Virus record (IMG/VR): IMGVR_UViG_3300045911_000602
Source: a virus
Length of the DNA stretch: 64,000 nt
Strand: one strand, 5' to 3'
Positions within the stretch are counted from its first letter, which is position 1; each line of letters begins with the position of its first letter. The position numbers were made by a program, and so were the translations under genes. Below the pieces are notes generated by a model, which was not told where the DNA came from, did not search any database, and saw nothing but the letters and a program-made list of their open reading frames with translations. Positions 16,646 to 24,793 of this stretch are shown piece by piece.

Positions 16646-16978
16646 TCAGCACCAATACTCAGTACCATCACTATGCACAATTGCAGGTCCATCTTCCCGA
16701 TGGAGCTTCCCGTTCACATACCAGAATTCTGAACCATCAGCATGGATAATAGCAGGTCCATCTTTCCGGTGGCGATGTCCATTCAGGTACCATTCTTTGG
16801 AACCATCAGCGTTGATAATAGCAGGTCCATCTTCACGGTGGTATCTCCCATGTTTGTACCATTCTTCAGTACCGTCAGCATAGATGACAGCAGGTCCATC
16901 TTCCCGATGGAGTTTTCCATTCAAGTACCAGAGTTGATTCCCATCGAAATTTACGATTCGTCGATTCGTGGTCTTCAT
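16646..16978 (-). pseudogene. 3'-truncated MORN paralog 6 (4 repeats, no C-terminal tail)
   Basis: The ORF stops inside a repeat, right after a 13-nt direct duplication CAATACTCAG(C/T)AC on the plus strand at about 16652-16677. The out-of-frame repeat remnant is fused directly to the next promoter cassette. Confidence 0.55.
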
Positions 16979-17013
16979 GGCATCTGTTCCTGTCTTGTTA
17001 AATTATGTTCAGC

Positions 17014-17041
17014 ATTATACAGGTATTTAGTTAAAAGACAA
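17014..17041 (-). promoter_or_regulatory. MORN promoter cassette: TTGTCT, 16-nt spacer, TATAAT
   Basis: -10 at 17014-17019 and -35 at 17036-17041. Confidence 0.6.
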
Positions 17042-17047
17042 CTGCTT

Positions 17048-17401
17048 TTAACTAAACTTCAGAATCATATGTAGTTTTTCTTCTTCGCTAATTTTCAGCT
17101 TTTTCAACCATTGATCAAAACTGTATTCAACACCATTCAAGAACCATTCACGTGTCCCATCAGCATTGATAACAGCAGGTCCATCCTCACGATGAAGGTT
17201 CCCATTCAAGTACCAGAACTGAGAACCATCATCGAGAATAGCTGCAGGTCCGTCTTCGCGATGAAATTTCCCGTGCTTGTACCAACGTTCAACACCGTCA
17301 GCATAGATAACAGCAGGTCCGTCTTCGCGATGAAATTTTCCATTGAACAACCAATATTGATTGCCTTCAGAATCCACAACTGATTGAATCTCAGTATTCA
17401 T
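17048..17401 (-). CDS. MORN-repeat protein, paralog 7 (3 repeats plus tail)
   Basis: Start moved to the MNTEIQ ATG at 17401. Confidence 0.85.
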   Translation of the reverse strand: MNTEIQSVVDSEGNQYWLFNGKFHREDGPAVIYADGVERWYKHGKFHREDGPAAILDDGSQFWYLNGNLHREDGPAVINADGTREWFLNGVEYSFDQWLKKLKISEEEKLHMILKFS

Positions 17402-17436
17402 GGCATCTGTTCCTGTCTTGTTAAGCAATGTTCAGC

Positions 17437-17464
17437 ATTATACAGGGATTTGGGTAAAAGACAA
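17437..17464 (-). promoter_or_regulatory. MORN promoter cassette: TTGTCT, 16-nt spacer, TATAAT
   Basis: -10 at 17437-17442 and -35 at 17459-17464. Confidence 0.6.
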
Positions 17465-17470
17465 CTGCTT

Positions 17471-18100
17471 TTAACCAAACTTGAGAATCAAGTGCAGCTT
17501 CTCTTCTTTATTAGATTTGCTTTTCTCTAACCACTCATTAAAAGAAAGTTTAATATCGTTTAAAAACCACAACTTAGTACCATCTCTATGAACAATTGCA
17601 GGTCCATCTTCACGATGTCGTTTTCCGTGCTTGTACCAACGTTCAACACCGTTATCATAGATAACAGCAGGTCCATCTTCTCGGTGGAGTTTTCCGTTCA
17701 AATACCATTCTTCGGAACCATTGCTGTAGATAACAGCAGGTCCATCTTCACGATGTCGTTTTCCGTGCTTGTACCAACGTACAACACCGTTAGTATAGAT
17801 AACAGCAGGTCCATCTTCTCGGTGGAGTTTTCCATTCAAGTACCATTCTTGGTGACCATCATTGTGAATAACAGCAGGTCCATCTTCACGATGTCGTTGT
17901 CCATTCAAGTACCAACGTTGAGAACCATTGGTATAGATAATGGCAGGTCCATCTTCTCGGTGGAGTTTTCCATTCAAGTACCATTCTTGGTGACCATCGT
18001 TGAGAATAATAGCAGGTCCATCTTCACGATGGAGGTTCCCATTCAAGTACCAATATTGGTTTCCTACAGAATCCACAACTGATTGAATCTTAGCATTCAT
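17471..18100 (-). CDS. MORN-repeat protein, paralog 8 (7 repeats plus tail)
   Basis: Start moved to the MNAKIQ ATG at 18100. Confidence 0.85.
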   Translation of the reverse strand: MNAKIQSVVDSVGNQYWYLNGNLHREDGPAIILNDGHQEWYLNGKLHREDGPAIIYTNGSQRWYLNGQRHREDGPAVIHNDGHQEWYLNGKLHREDGPAVIYTNGVVRWYKHGKRHREDGPAVIYSNGSEEWYLNGKLHREDGPAVIYDNGVERWYKHGKRHREDGPAIVHRDGTKLWFLNDIKLSFNEWLEKSKSNKEEKLHLILKFG

Positions 18101-18135
18101 GGCATCTGTTCCTGTCTTGTTAAGCAATGTTGAGC

Positions 18136-18163
18136 ATTATACAGGGATTTGGGTAAAAGACAA
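18136..18163 (-). promoter_or_regulatory. MORN promoter cassette: TTGTCT, 16-nt spacer, TATAAT
   Basis: -10 at 18136-18141 and -35 at 18158-18163. Confidence 0.6.
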
Positions 18164-18186
18164 CTGCTTTTAACCAAATTACAATT

Positions 18187-18672
18187 TCAAACATCATCGT
18201 TAACTTTTCTTACTTCACGAATTGTAATTGATTTTTTTGAAATTCGGTTTGCCTTCCTGGCAGCCATACCATGCAAACTCCTTAGAGCCTTTGAAGAAGC
18301 CTCATATGTGCGGCGATAATACTTACCGTCTTGGCGACTTACGTAATATGCGAATACTTCAAACTTCTGTGGCTTTTCAAGAAAAAAGAATTCGGAAATC
18401 AAAGCTTCCAGATGTTCTTCGAATTCTTCGTTCGTATTAAACGCAGCCCGATCGCTTTCCAACCACTTTTCTACATCATCATGCGTCCTATACCCAATGC
18501 AACCATCCTGCAGAGCAATCGAAAGCTTCATCACGTCCCACTTATCGAAAATCATGATTGCTTCCATGTGATTCAGCATCCAATAAATATCTTCGTCCAC
18601 TGGATTGGATTTTGTTACTTCAGCGACCTTTGTCTTGAAAAACTCGAAGGTATATTTCATTGATTCGCTCAT
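18187..18672 (-). CDS. hypothetical protein (161 aa), non-MORN gene inside the array
   Basis: ORF with its own promoter. Confidence 0.7.
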   Translation of the reverse strand: MSESMKYTFEFFKTKVAEVTKSNPVDEDIYWMLNHMEAIMIFDKWDVMKLSIALQDGCIGYRTHDDVEKWLESDRAAFNTNEEFEEHLEALISEFFFLEKPQKFEVFAYYVSRQDGKYYRRTYEASSKALRSLHGMAARKANRISKKSITIREVRKVNDDV

Positions 18673-18693
18673 TTATTAATGAATTGAAACCGA

Positions 18694-18722
18694 ATTATAC
18701 ATATCCAACACTATAATGTCAA
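18694..18722 (-). promoter_or_regulatory. sigma70-type promoter: TTGACA, 17-nt spacer, TATAAT
   Basis: -10 at 18694-18699 and -35 at 18717-18722. Confidence 0.6.
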
Positions 18723-18729
18723 CAACTTT

Positions 18730-18805
18730 TGGCGCCCCTGGCAGGAATCGAACCCACACCTAAACGGGTAGAAGCCGTTCGCTCTTTCCATTAAGCTACA
18801 GGGGC
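18730..18805 (-). tRNA. tRNA-Arg(UCU), CCA encoded
   Basis: Folded by hand. Acceptor GCCCCUG/CAGGGGC; D stem GCUU/GAGC; anticodon arm AACGG-CUUCUAC-CCGUU; T-arm GUGGG-UUCGAUU-CCUGC. Confidence 0.9.
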
Positions 18806-18831
18806 GAAAAACTACATCAAACAATACCTCC

Positions 18832-18859
18832 ACTATACAGGAATTTGGGTAAATAACAA
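18832..18859 (-). promoter_or_regulatory. promoter cassette variant: TTGTTA, 16-nt spacer, TATAGT, upstream of tRNA-Arg
   Basis: -10 at 18832-18837 and -35 at 18854-18859. Confidence 0.5.
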
Positions 18860-18886
18860 CAGCTTTCAACCAAACTTCGGAATCAA

Positions 18887-19561
18887 TTAAAGTTTTTGTT
18901 TTTCGCTCAATTTTATTTGTTCCGACCATTGATCGAAAGTGAAATAGTCACCATCCAAGAACCAAAATTTACTAGTAACATCAAAAAAAACTGCAGGTCC
19001 ATCTTTCCGATGGAGTTTCCCATTCAAGTACCAGAACTTAAAACCGTTGCTATAGATAACGGCAGGTCCATCTTCACGATGAAGTTTTCCGTTCAAATAC
19101 CAATACTTAGAACCATCACTGCGAATAGCTGCAGGTCCATCTTTCCGATGGAGTTTCCCATTCAAGTACCATTCTTCGAGACCATTATTGCGAATAATGG
19201 CAGGTCCATCTTCACGATGTCGTTGTCCATTCAAGTACCATTCTTGTGTCCAATTAACGCAATTAACAGCGGGTCCATTTTCTCGATGGAGTTTTCCATT
19301 CAAGTACCAGTACTCTGAACCATCGCTATAAACAAGTGCAGGTCCATCCTCACGATGGTACTTTCCGTTCAGGAACCATTCTTGAAAACCATCACTATGC
19401 ACAATGGCAGGTCCGTCTTCCCGATGGAGCTTCCCGTCCTTATACCAACGTTCGGAACCATCAGCACCAATAATAGCAGGTCCATCTTCTCGGTGGAGAA
19501 CATCATTCATGTACCAGAACTGATTCCCTTTACGATCTACGCGTTGAATTCCAGCATTCAT
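18887..19561 (-). CDS. MORN-repeat protein, paralog 9 (8 repeats, slightly shortened tail)
   Basis: Start moved to the MNAGIQ ATG at 19561. Confidence 0.85.
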   Translation of the reverse strand: MNAGIQRVDRKGNQFWYMNDVLHREDGPAIIGADGSERWYKDGKLHREDGPAIVHSDGFQEWFLNGKYHREDGPALVYSDGSEYWYLNGKLHRENGPAVNCVNWTQEWYLNGQRHREDGPAIIRNNGLEEWYLNGKLHRKDGPAAIRSDGSKYWYLNGKLHREDGPAVIYSNGFKFWYLNGKLHRKDGPAVFFDVTSKFWFLDGDYFTFDQWSEQIKLSEKQKL

Positions 19562-19596
19562 GTGACATACTCCTGTCTTAGCACACAATATTGAGC

Positions 19597-19624
19597 ATTG
19601 TACAGGGATTTGAGTAAAAAACAA
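19597..19624 (-). promoter_or_regulatory. MORN promoter cassette variant: TTGTTT, 16-nt spacer, TACAAT
   Basis: -10 at 19597-19602 and -35 at 19619-19624. Confidence 0.5.
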
Positions 19625-19630
19625 CTGCTT

Positions 19631-20044
19631 TTAACCAAATTTCAGAATCAAGTGCAGCTTTTCTTCTTCGCTCAATTTCAGTTGTTCCAACCATTCGTTG
19701 AAGGCGAAATTGTCATCATGCAAGAACCAAAGTTTAGTACCATCGGCGTTAAAATAAGCAGGCCCATCTTCGCGGTGAAGCTCCCCATGCAGGTACCAAT
19801 ACTCTGAACCATCCATATAGGTAACAGCAGGTCCATTTTCACGATGGAGCTTTCCATGTTTATACCAATGTTTAGAACCACTAGCACCGATGACAGCAGG
19901 TCCGTCTTCGCGATGAAATTTTCCATTGAAGTACCATTCTTCAGGACCATGGCTGTAGATAGCGGCAGGTCCATCTTCTCGGTGGAGTTTTCCATTCAAG
20001 TACCAGAACTGATTTCCGTGGGCATCTACAATATGTCGTCTCAT
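19631..20044 (-). CDS. MORN-repeat protein, paralog 10 (4 repeats plus tail)
   Basis: Start moved to the MRRHIV ATG at 20044, which has an AGGTGA RBS. Confidence 0.8.
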   Translation of the reverse strand: MRRHIVDAHGNQFWYLNGKLHREDGPAAIYSHGPEEWYFNGKFHREDGPAVIGASGSKHWYKHGKLHRENGPAVTYMDGSEYWYLHGELHREDGPAYFNADGTKLWFLHDDNFAFNEWLEQLKLSEEEKLHLILKFG

Positions 20045-20083
20045 GGTATTCGTATCACCTGTTCTTGTCATACAACGTTGAGC

Positions 20084-20111
20084 ATTATAGAGGAATTTGG
20101 CTAAATAACAA
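20084..20111 (-). promoter_or_regulatory. MORN promoter cassette variant: TTGTTA, 16-nt spacer, TATAAT
   Basis: -10 at 20084-20089 and -35 at 20106-20111. Confidence 0.55.
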
Positions 20112-20117
20112 CCGCTT

Positions 20118-20738
20118 TTAACCAAATTTCAGAATCAAGTGCAGTTTTTCCTCTTCGCTCAATTTTATTTGTTCCAACCATTCTTTGAAAGTGAACTCAA
20201 CATCATTCAAGTACCATTCTTTAGTACCAGTAGCACTGATAATAGCAGGTCCATCTTCCCGGTGTCGTTTTCCGTTCAAATACCAGAACTGAGAACCATT
20301 GCTATGGATAACAGCAGGTCCATCTTCCCGGTGTCGTTTTCCGTTCACATACCAGAACTTAGAACCATTGCTATAGATAACAGCGGGTCCATCTTCGCGA
20401 TGAAATTTTCCATTCAAGTACCATTCTTCAGTACCATTACTATCAATAATGGCAGGTCCATCTTCCCGGTGTCGCTTTCCATTCAGGAACCATTCTACGG
20501 AACCCTCAGCAAAAACAACCGCAGGTCCATCTTCACGATGAAGTTTTCCGTGTTTGTACCAATATTTAGGACCATCAACATTGATAACTGCAGGTCCATC
20601 TTCACGGTGAAGTTTTCCGTTGAAGTACCATTCTTCGGAACCATCACTATGCACAATGGCAGGTCCATCTTCCCGGTGTCGTTTTCCGTTCAAGTACCAG
20701 AACTGATTCCCCTTATGATCTACAACACGTCGTCTCAT
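20118..20738 (-). CDS. MORN-repeat protein, paralog 11 (7 repeats plus tail)
   Basis: Start moved to the MRRRVV ATG at 20738. Confidence 0.8.
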   Translation of the reverse strand: MRRRVVDHKGNQFWYLNGKRHREDGPAIVHSDGSEEWYFNGKLHREDGPAVINVDGPKYWYKHGKLHREDGPAVVFAEGSVEWFLNGKRHREDGPAIIDSNGTEEWYLNGKFHREDGPAVIYSNGSKFWYVNGKRHREDGPAVIHSNGSQFWYLNGKRHREDGPAIISATGTKEWYLNDVEFTFKEWLEQIKLSEEEKLHLILKFG

Positions 20739-20777
20739 GGTATTCATATCACCTGTTCTTGTCATACAATGTTGAGC

Positions 20778-20805
20778 ATTATAGAGGAATTTGGCTAAAT
20801 AACAA
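20778..20805 (-). promoter_or_regulatory. MORN promoter cassette variant: TTGTTA, 16-nt spacer, TATAAT
   Basis: -10 at 20778-20783 and -35 at 20800-20805. Confidence 0.55.
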
Positions 20806-21089
20806 CCGCTTTTAACCCCCCATACAAATCATCTGTTGATCAATTACCCAATTTCACATACAATGCTGCTCATCTACAGAGAGCACCATAAGAGTGCAAC
20901 TGGATGCTAAGAGCCAAACCATGGCGGAGGCAGGGGGGAGCTATGGTTCTAATCCAAACCTGGACAAAATAACCATTTTCAAAAAAGTCAACAAAAAAAT
21001 AATGTTGTCATAATGTTTGTTTGTATTTTTCCAAATCTCGTTTTCTTGTATTATGGACACCATAAAATGAAGGATATAACAGCTTTCGC

Positions 21090-21156
21090 ATAAATCAATA
21101 AGTTAACAATATTTGTTAACAAACTTCCTTAACATACTCCCTATAGGTGCCTATAC
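21090..21156. repeat. 67-bp direct repeat, copy A, containing the 19-bp palindrome GTTAACAATATTTGTTAAC (21102-21120)
   Basis: Identical to 21209-21275; period 119 bp. Confidence 0.9.
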
Positions 21157-21208
21157 ATATCTACAACAAAATCAACAAATACATTAACATAAAAAACACA
21201 TGTTCTTT

Positions 21209-21275
21209 ATAAATCAATAAGTTAACAATATTTGTTAACAAACTTCCTTAACATACTCCCTATAGGTGCCTATAC
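21209..21275. repeat. 67-bp direct repeat, copy B (palindrome at 21221-21239)
   Basis: Identical to 21090-21156. Confidence 0.9.
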
Positions 21276-21299
21276 TTAATAGAAGCTTACACTATTTCA

Positions 21300-21449
21300 T
21301 TAATTAGTAGACAATGCGAATAACTTTTTTACTGCTGCTACAGTATAATCTGCTGTATAAAGACTTATTAACAATGTCATGCTAACAATGACAAGAACAA
21401 AAGTAAAAACAACTTCCCACGGGCTAAATAAACGAATATTTTTCATCAT
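21300..21449 (-). CDS. small membrane protein candidate (49 aa)
   Basis: Hand-translated: MMKNIRLFSPWEVVFTFVLVIVSMTLLISLYTADYTVAAVKKLFALSTN. An AAGGAT RBS sits 5 nt upstream. Confidence 0.35.
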   Translation of the reverse strand: MMKNIRLFSPWEVVFTFVLVIVSMTLLISLYTADYTVAAVKKLFALSTN

Positions 21450-21562
21450 GAAAATCCTTTAAAAATAAAGTGTTGATATAAAAATATTATTATGATTGTT
21501 CGTCTGAAGGTATGAAGGTATGAACAGCAATATGATTATCAAAACATAAATTTTATATTGAT

Positions 21563-21756
21563 ATTTACTAGTAAACAGTTTTATAAGTATGTTCTCGCAC
21601 GGGAAAGCTGTTATTTACTAGTAAACATTACAGAAATATTCTCGCACGGGAAATTATTTATATTGTTGTTATTATTTATTTTAAATATTTTCCGTGCGAA
21701 AAAATTGTTGGTTTGTTGCACGGGAAATTTAATTTTTCCTTCAAAACCCGCACGAA
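21563..21756. promoter_or_regulatory. iteron cluster. The 12-15-nt palindromic box ATTTACTAGTAAACA occurs twice, 50 bp apart. The CGCACGG(G)AAA core occurs 4-5 times, one copy inverted.
   Basis: Palindromic boxes at 21563-21577 and 21613-21627. Cores at 21592-21606, 21639-21653, 21688-21701 (inverted), 21716-21727 and 21748-21756 (degenerate). Confidence 0.6.
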
Positions 21757-22012
21757 TTCACGAAATTTCGCCCAATATTAATCACAATACCAAAGAAACG
21801 TCACAGCCTAGCAATGAATTTTCTATTGATAAATCAATAGTTTATAAGAACTTTTTCAATGTTTTTTATCAATATTTTCATTACTAACCTGATTAGGTTG
21901 ATCAATATATTTTTAAGGGTTTTTACACTATACATTGTATTTATTATAGTTGTTAGTCTACGGAAATTTAATTTGTAAATAGTTGTAACCATACGGTAAA
22001 GGAAAAGATTTT

Positions 22013-22537
22013 ATGTTATCTCAAATCCCAAAAAGAAATGTTGTAATGTCTCTTCATCATTATAGGCTGAATGAGTTTACTTTACATGAAAGTAATGTTG
22101 TAGGAAAGGAGATATGGTATCTTGATAATAATAATAAGAGGGTTGAATTTGTTGTTGATAATGTTTATAGAATTGATGTTGATTGTGTGAAAGAATATTT
22201 GCCTTCTAAGGTATTATGGTCAAGGAAGGATGATACTTTTCATTTGATTTATTATACGAATGATGAGTTTTTACCAAGACCTTTTGCTGGGGAGGAGAAT
22301 GTATATTGTTTTTATGTAAGGTGTTGTTCTCATAATATGGTATTACAATATGATGGACGTGTGCAGAAGTTATTTTTAGATCAGACTATTGCTGGTGAAG
22401 ATATTTGTTATATGTTTTTTGTTGGTGAGAGCGATTATCAATACTTGATGAGAGGTGATTTGAAAGAGAGTGTGAGTGAGGTGTGGAATGGGCTTGATGA
22501 ATGTTTGACAAAGTTATCTGAGTTATCAAGAAGATAG
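22013..22537 (+). CDS. hypothetical protein (174 aa)
   Basis: ORF with a GGTAAAGGAAAAG RBS region. It is the first plus-strand gene after the non-coding hub. Confidence 0.65.
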   Translation: MLSQIPKRNVVMSLHHYRLNEFTLHESNVVGKEIWYLDNNNKRVEFVVDNVYRIDVDCVKEYLPSKVLWSRKDDTFHLIYYTNDEFLPRPFAGEENVYCFYVRCCSHNMVLQYDGRVQKLFLDQTIAGEDICYMFFVGESDYQYLMRGDLKESVSEVWNGLDECLTKLSELSRR

Positions 22538-22975
22538 AGTTGTTTTTTCATGTGATTTTTCATGTTTGGTTTTTATGATGTTGTAAATATTAGGATAAAT
22601 TTTATTTACATATTGTGCAAAGAATTGTGGAATGTTGTAAACAATAAGAAACCAGGTAGAAAAGATAAATGATGTGATGAAAAATTGATATTGTGGTTCG
22701 GGGTCTGGAATGTGAAAAGTTACAAGGTAAATAACGATATAAATCCAATATGTAAGGAAAAATACGGATGCATGAAAAAATGTTTGGATTCGTTTTTCAT
22801 AATGTTGGAATTTCGCTAGTAATGATGGGTGTTCATCAAGTAGTGTGGAATTTTTTTGCAAAACTTTTCTGATATTTTTGAAATTGTTTGTATAAAGGGA
22901 ACGGATGTAAAAATGTCCATTAAGAAAATGGATTGTGATCCCAATAATTGCAAGAACGATCAGGATGTCTTTCAT
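22526..22975 (-). CDS. multi-pass membrane protein (149 aa)
   Basis: Three or four hydrophobic segments. Confidence 0.65.
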   Translation of the reverse strand: MKDILIVLAIIGITIHFLNGHFYIRSLYTNNFKNIRKVLQKNSTLLDEHPSLLAKFQHYEKRIQTFFHASVFFLTYWIYIVIYLVTFHIPDPEPQYQFFITSFIFSTWFLIVYNIPQFFAQYVNKIYPNIYNIIKTKHEKSHEKTTLSS

Positions 22976-22976
22976 A

Positions 22977-23168
22977 TTATAGGACCTTTATGACATTATC
23001 ATGCTTGATTGTATGACGTGTAGATAAATAATACCAGTATCCGCTTTGGTTGTGAATTACTTTGAGTATCTTACCACGAACTTCTTGTGGTTGTCCACCT
23101 GTACATGCACAGGTTTTTATTTTTGCTAGTACTTGATCGCCTTCCTTTAGAGGATGATTTATAATCAT
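22977..23168 (-). CDS. hypothetical protein (63 aa)
   Basis: ORF abuts 22526..22975. Confidence 0.55.
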   Translation of the reverse strand: MIINHPLKEGDQVLAKIKTCACTGGQPQEVRGKILKVIHNQSGYWYYLSTRHTIKHDNVIKVL

Positions 23169-23356
23169 TTTGTTTTACTCCTGTAAAACGTATTCTACAT
23201 CACTTGTAGAAGATTTTGCAAATGGTGTTTTGTGTGTAGTCCCCTATATTTATGGACGATAAATTCGGGGAACAAGATTAATGTTGAAAATCAGGTGAAA
23301 ATGGTGAGCGAATTATCATGAATTCGCTCACCCTATTGTTAACCGCTTCTTGATCT

Positions 23357-24376
23357 TTACTTCATCATTGTGTGTTCAACAAGACTTTTCCAATCGTCCC
23401 CAAGTTTGTAAAGAGAACATACTTGTTTTAGAGCACGAAGGGAGAGTTCACGAAAACGCGGTTGATTTTCAAATACAAACTGAAGAATCTCTTCCCCTTC
23501 TTCCTTTGTCAACTGTTCATCCTTGCACATGCTGTTTGTAAAAATATCACGAATCCGAAGAGTACGGGCGCGCTGAGAGGAGAGCGTTAGGTCAAGATAA
23601 ATTGACCGAGAGATCAGCGCTTGAAAATGTGGAGAACTTTTCCGATCTTCAAGTGCTTTGTCTGCCATGTTGATGTTTGTGATAAAAATAACACCTCCCT
23701 CAAACTCAAACTCGTTTGGAACCTTGTTGTCGGTGTTGATTACATAGTCTTGTTGTTGACGAGCATCATAAATCCATGTTGCTTGCTTCCTCCAAGAGAT
23801 TGTACGTGTGTTTGTGGAATCAAGAGCGCTTTTTAGAATATTGAACGCTTGTTCATCATTAAAAATACTGTCACAATCATCAAGAACAATAACTCCACCT
23901 TCACGAGCATGATAGAGAGCCTGATAAAGACCAGGAGCAGAACAAGTACCTTTGATAATGTGATAATAAAGATGATTTTCTTTGTGTGCTTTCTTTAGGG
24001 CACGCTCAATGTCATAGGTCTTACCAATACCAGGAGGACCATAAACAATCATTGATCGAATCTTTTGATTGAGCATCCCATTTACCATCCGGTTCATTAC
24101 ATCGAACTTTGCATTGACACGATCAAGAATTTGTTGATCGCTCAAATCATCATCTGCATTTTTTTGTTCAGTGCTGATCACTTCAGCAGAAATAGGTGCT
24201 CGATTTCCAGCAATCTGCGAAATAAGTGCATTATATTTGACAGGAATTTCAGCACTTTTTGAAAGTTGGTACACGCGCTGTTCTGAGAGCGAAAGAAGAC
24301 TTGCCATTTCCTTTTTCCATGCAGAACCAAACTTCAGCTGAGCAATTTCAGTAAATTCAGTACCGGAAATATTCAT
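23357..24376 (-). CDS. AAA+ ATPase with an N-terminal HTH-like region
   Basis: Walker A VYGPPGIGKT and Walker B VIVLDDCD. Track ORF (TTG start at 24496) trimmed to the ATG MNISGTEF, which has a GAGGAC RBS. Confidence 0.8.
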   Translation of the reverse strand: MNISGTEFTEIAQLKFGSAWKKEMASLLSLSEQRVYQLSKSAEIPVKYNALISQIAGNRAPISAEVISTEQKNADDDLSDQQILDRVNAKFDVMNRMVNGMLNQKIRSMIVYGPPGIGKTYDIERALKKAHKENHLYYHIIKGTCSAPGLYQALYHAREGGVIVLDDCDSIFNDEQAFNILKSALDSTNTRTISWRKQATWIYDARQQQDYVINTDNKVPNEFEFEGGVIFITNINMADKALEDRKSSPHFQALISRSIYLDLTLSSQRARTLRIRDIFTNSMCKDEQLTKEEGEEILQFVFENQPRFRELSLRALKQVCSLYKLGDDWKSLVEHTMMK

Positions 24377-24492
24377 CTGTAATGTCCTCGTTGAGATTCG
24401 TTGCCACATGCTTGCAACATGACGCACAGTATATCTGATTGATAAGCATGTGTCAACTGACAGATTTGAAGAAAAATATTTCTTGCGCCGAA

Positions 24493-24762
24493 TCAATATG
24501 AATATATAATAGATTGTTTAATCTTGACAGACTTTATCAGCTGAATATCATCAAGCTTGATAAGCTGATCATTTTCTGAACTATCCTCTGTTGTCAATAA
24601 AAACACATTTATTTTTGGATTTGGCTTCCCGCAGTCCGTGTCTTTGATTGTGTTGATTTGATAGCAGCGAGAACGATCGCCGGAAAGATCATGACAATCC
24701 ACAACTAGATATTGTGATTTTTTAATTTTTAAAACATCGCCTTTTGTCGGATACCTTTTCAT
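24493..24762 (-). CDS. hypothetical protein (89 aa)
   Basis: ORF only. Confidence 0.55.
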   Translation of the reverse strand: MKRYPTKGDVLKIKKSQYLVVDCHDLSGDRSRCYQINTIKDTDCGKPNPKINVFLLTTEDSSENDQLIKLDDIQLIKSVKIKQSIIYSY

Positions 24763-24793
24763 TGAACTTTCTTTCTTGAATGATTACATGAGA

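Noticed and set aside
18711-18929. ORFs overlapping tRNA genes: 18711..18929, 32025..32261, and the N-terminal extensions of 31667..32224 and 32667..33185.
   Set aside because: The overlapped segments are the tRNA sequences themselves. Downstream starts with RBSs give sensible proteins.
13328-20765. Whether the highly repetitive region could be a CRISPR array or a non-coding satellite.
   Set aside because: The repeat units are 69 bp, contiguous with no unique spacers, and in frame. They encode a conserved 23-aa motif inside ORFs that have their own promoters.
13472-20798. Long plus-strand ORFs across the MORN array, for example 15738..16577 (279 aa), 20139..20798 (219 aa), 17588..18082 and 15221..15655.
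   Set aside because: They are the antisense reading of the periodic 69-bp repeat and translate to repetitive, Ser/Ile/Phe/Arg-rich low-complexity sequence. They have no promoter or RBS. The minus strand carries the conserved MORN motif, conserved starts and a promoter cassette for every gene.
20917-20948. The hairpin AACCATGG-(G-rich 16-nt loop)-CTATGGTT at the edge of the MORN block, considered as a terminator or an anti-SD small RNA (the loop on the minus strand reads CTCCCCCCTGCCTCCG).
   Set aside because: No U-run follows on either strand, and there is no promoter or second copy to support an sRNA. It is only noted as a landmark of the compositional boundary.
21558-21887. A 109-aa plus-strand ORF across the iteron cluster.
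   Set aside because: It begins with a non-ATG start and is made of the repeated DNA motifs. It has no RBS and looks like non-coding AT-rich sequence.
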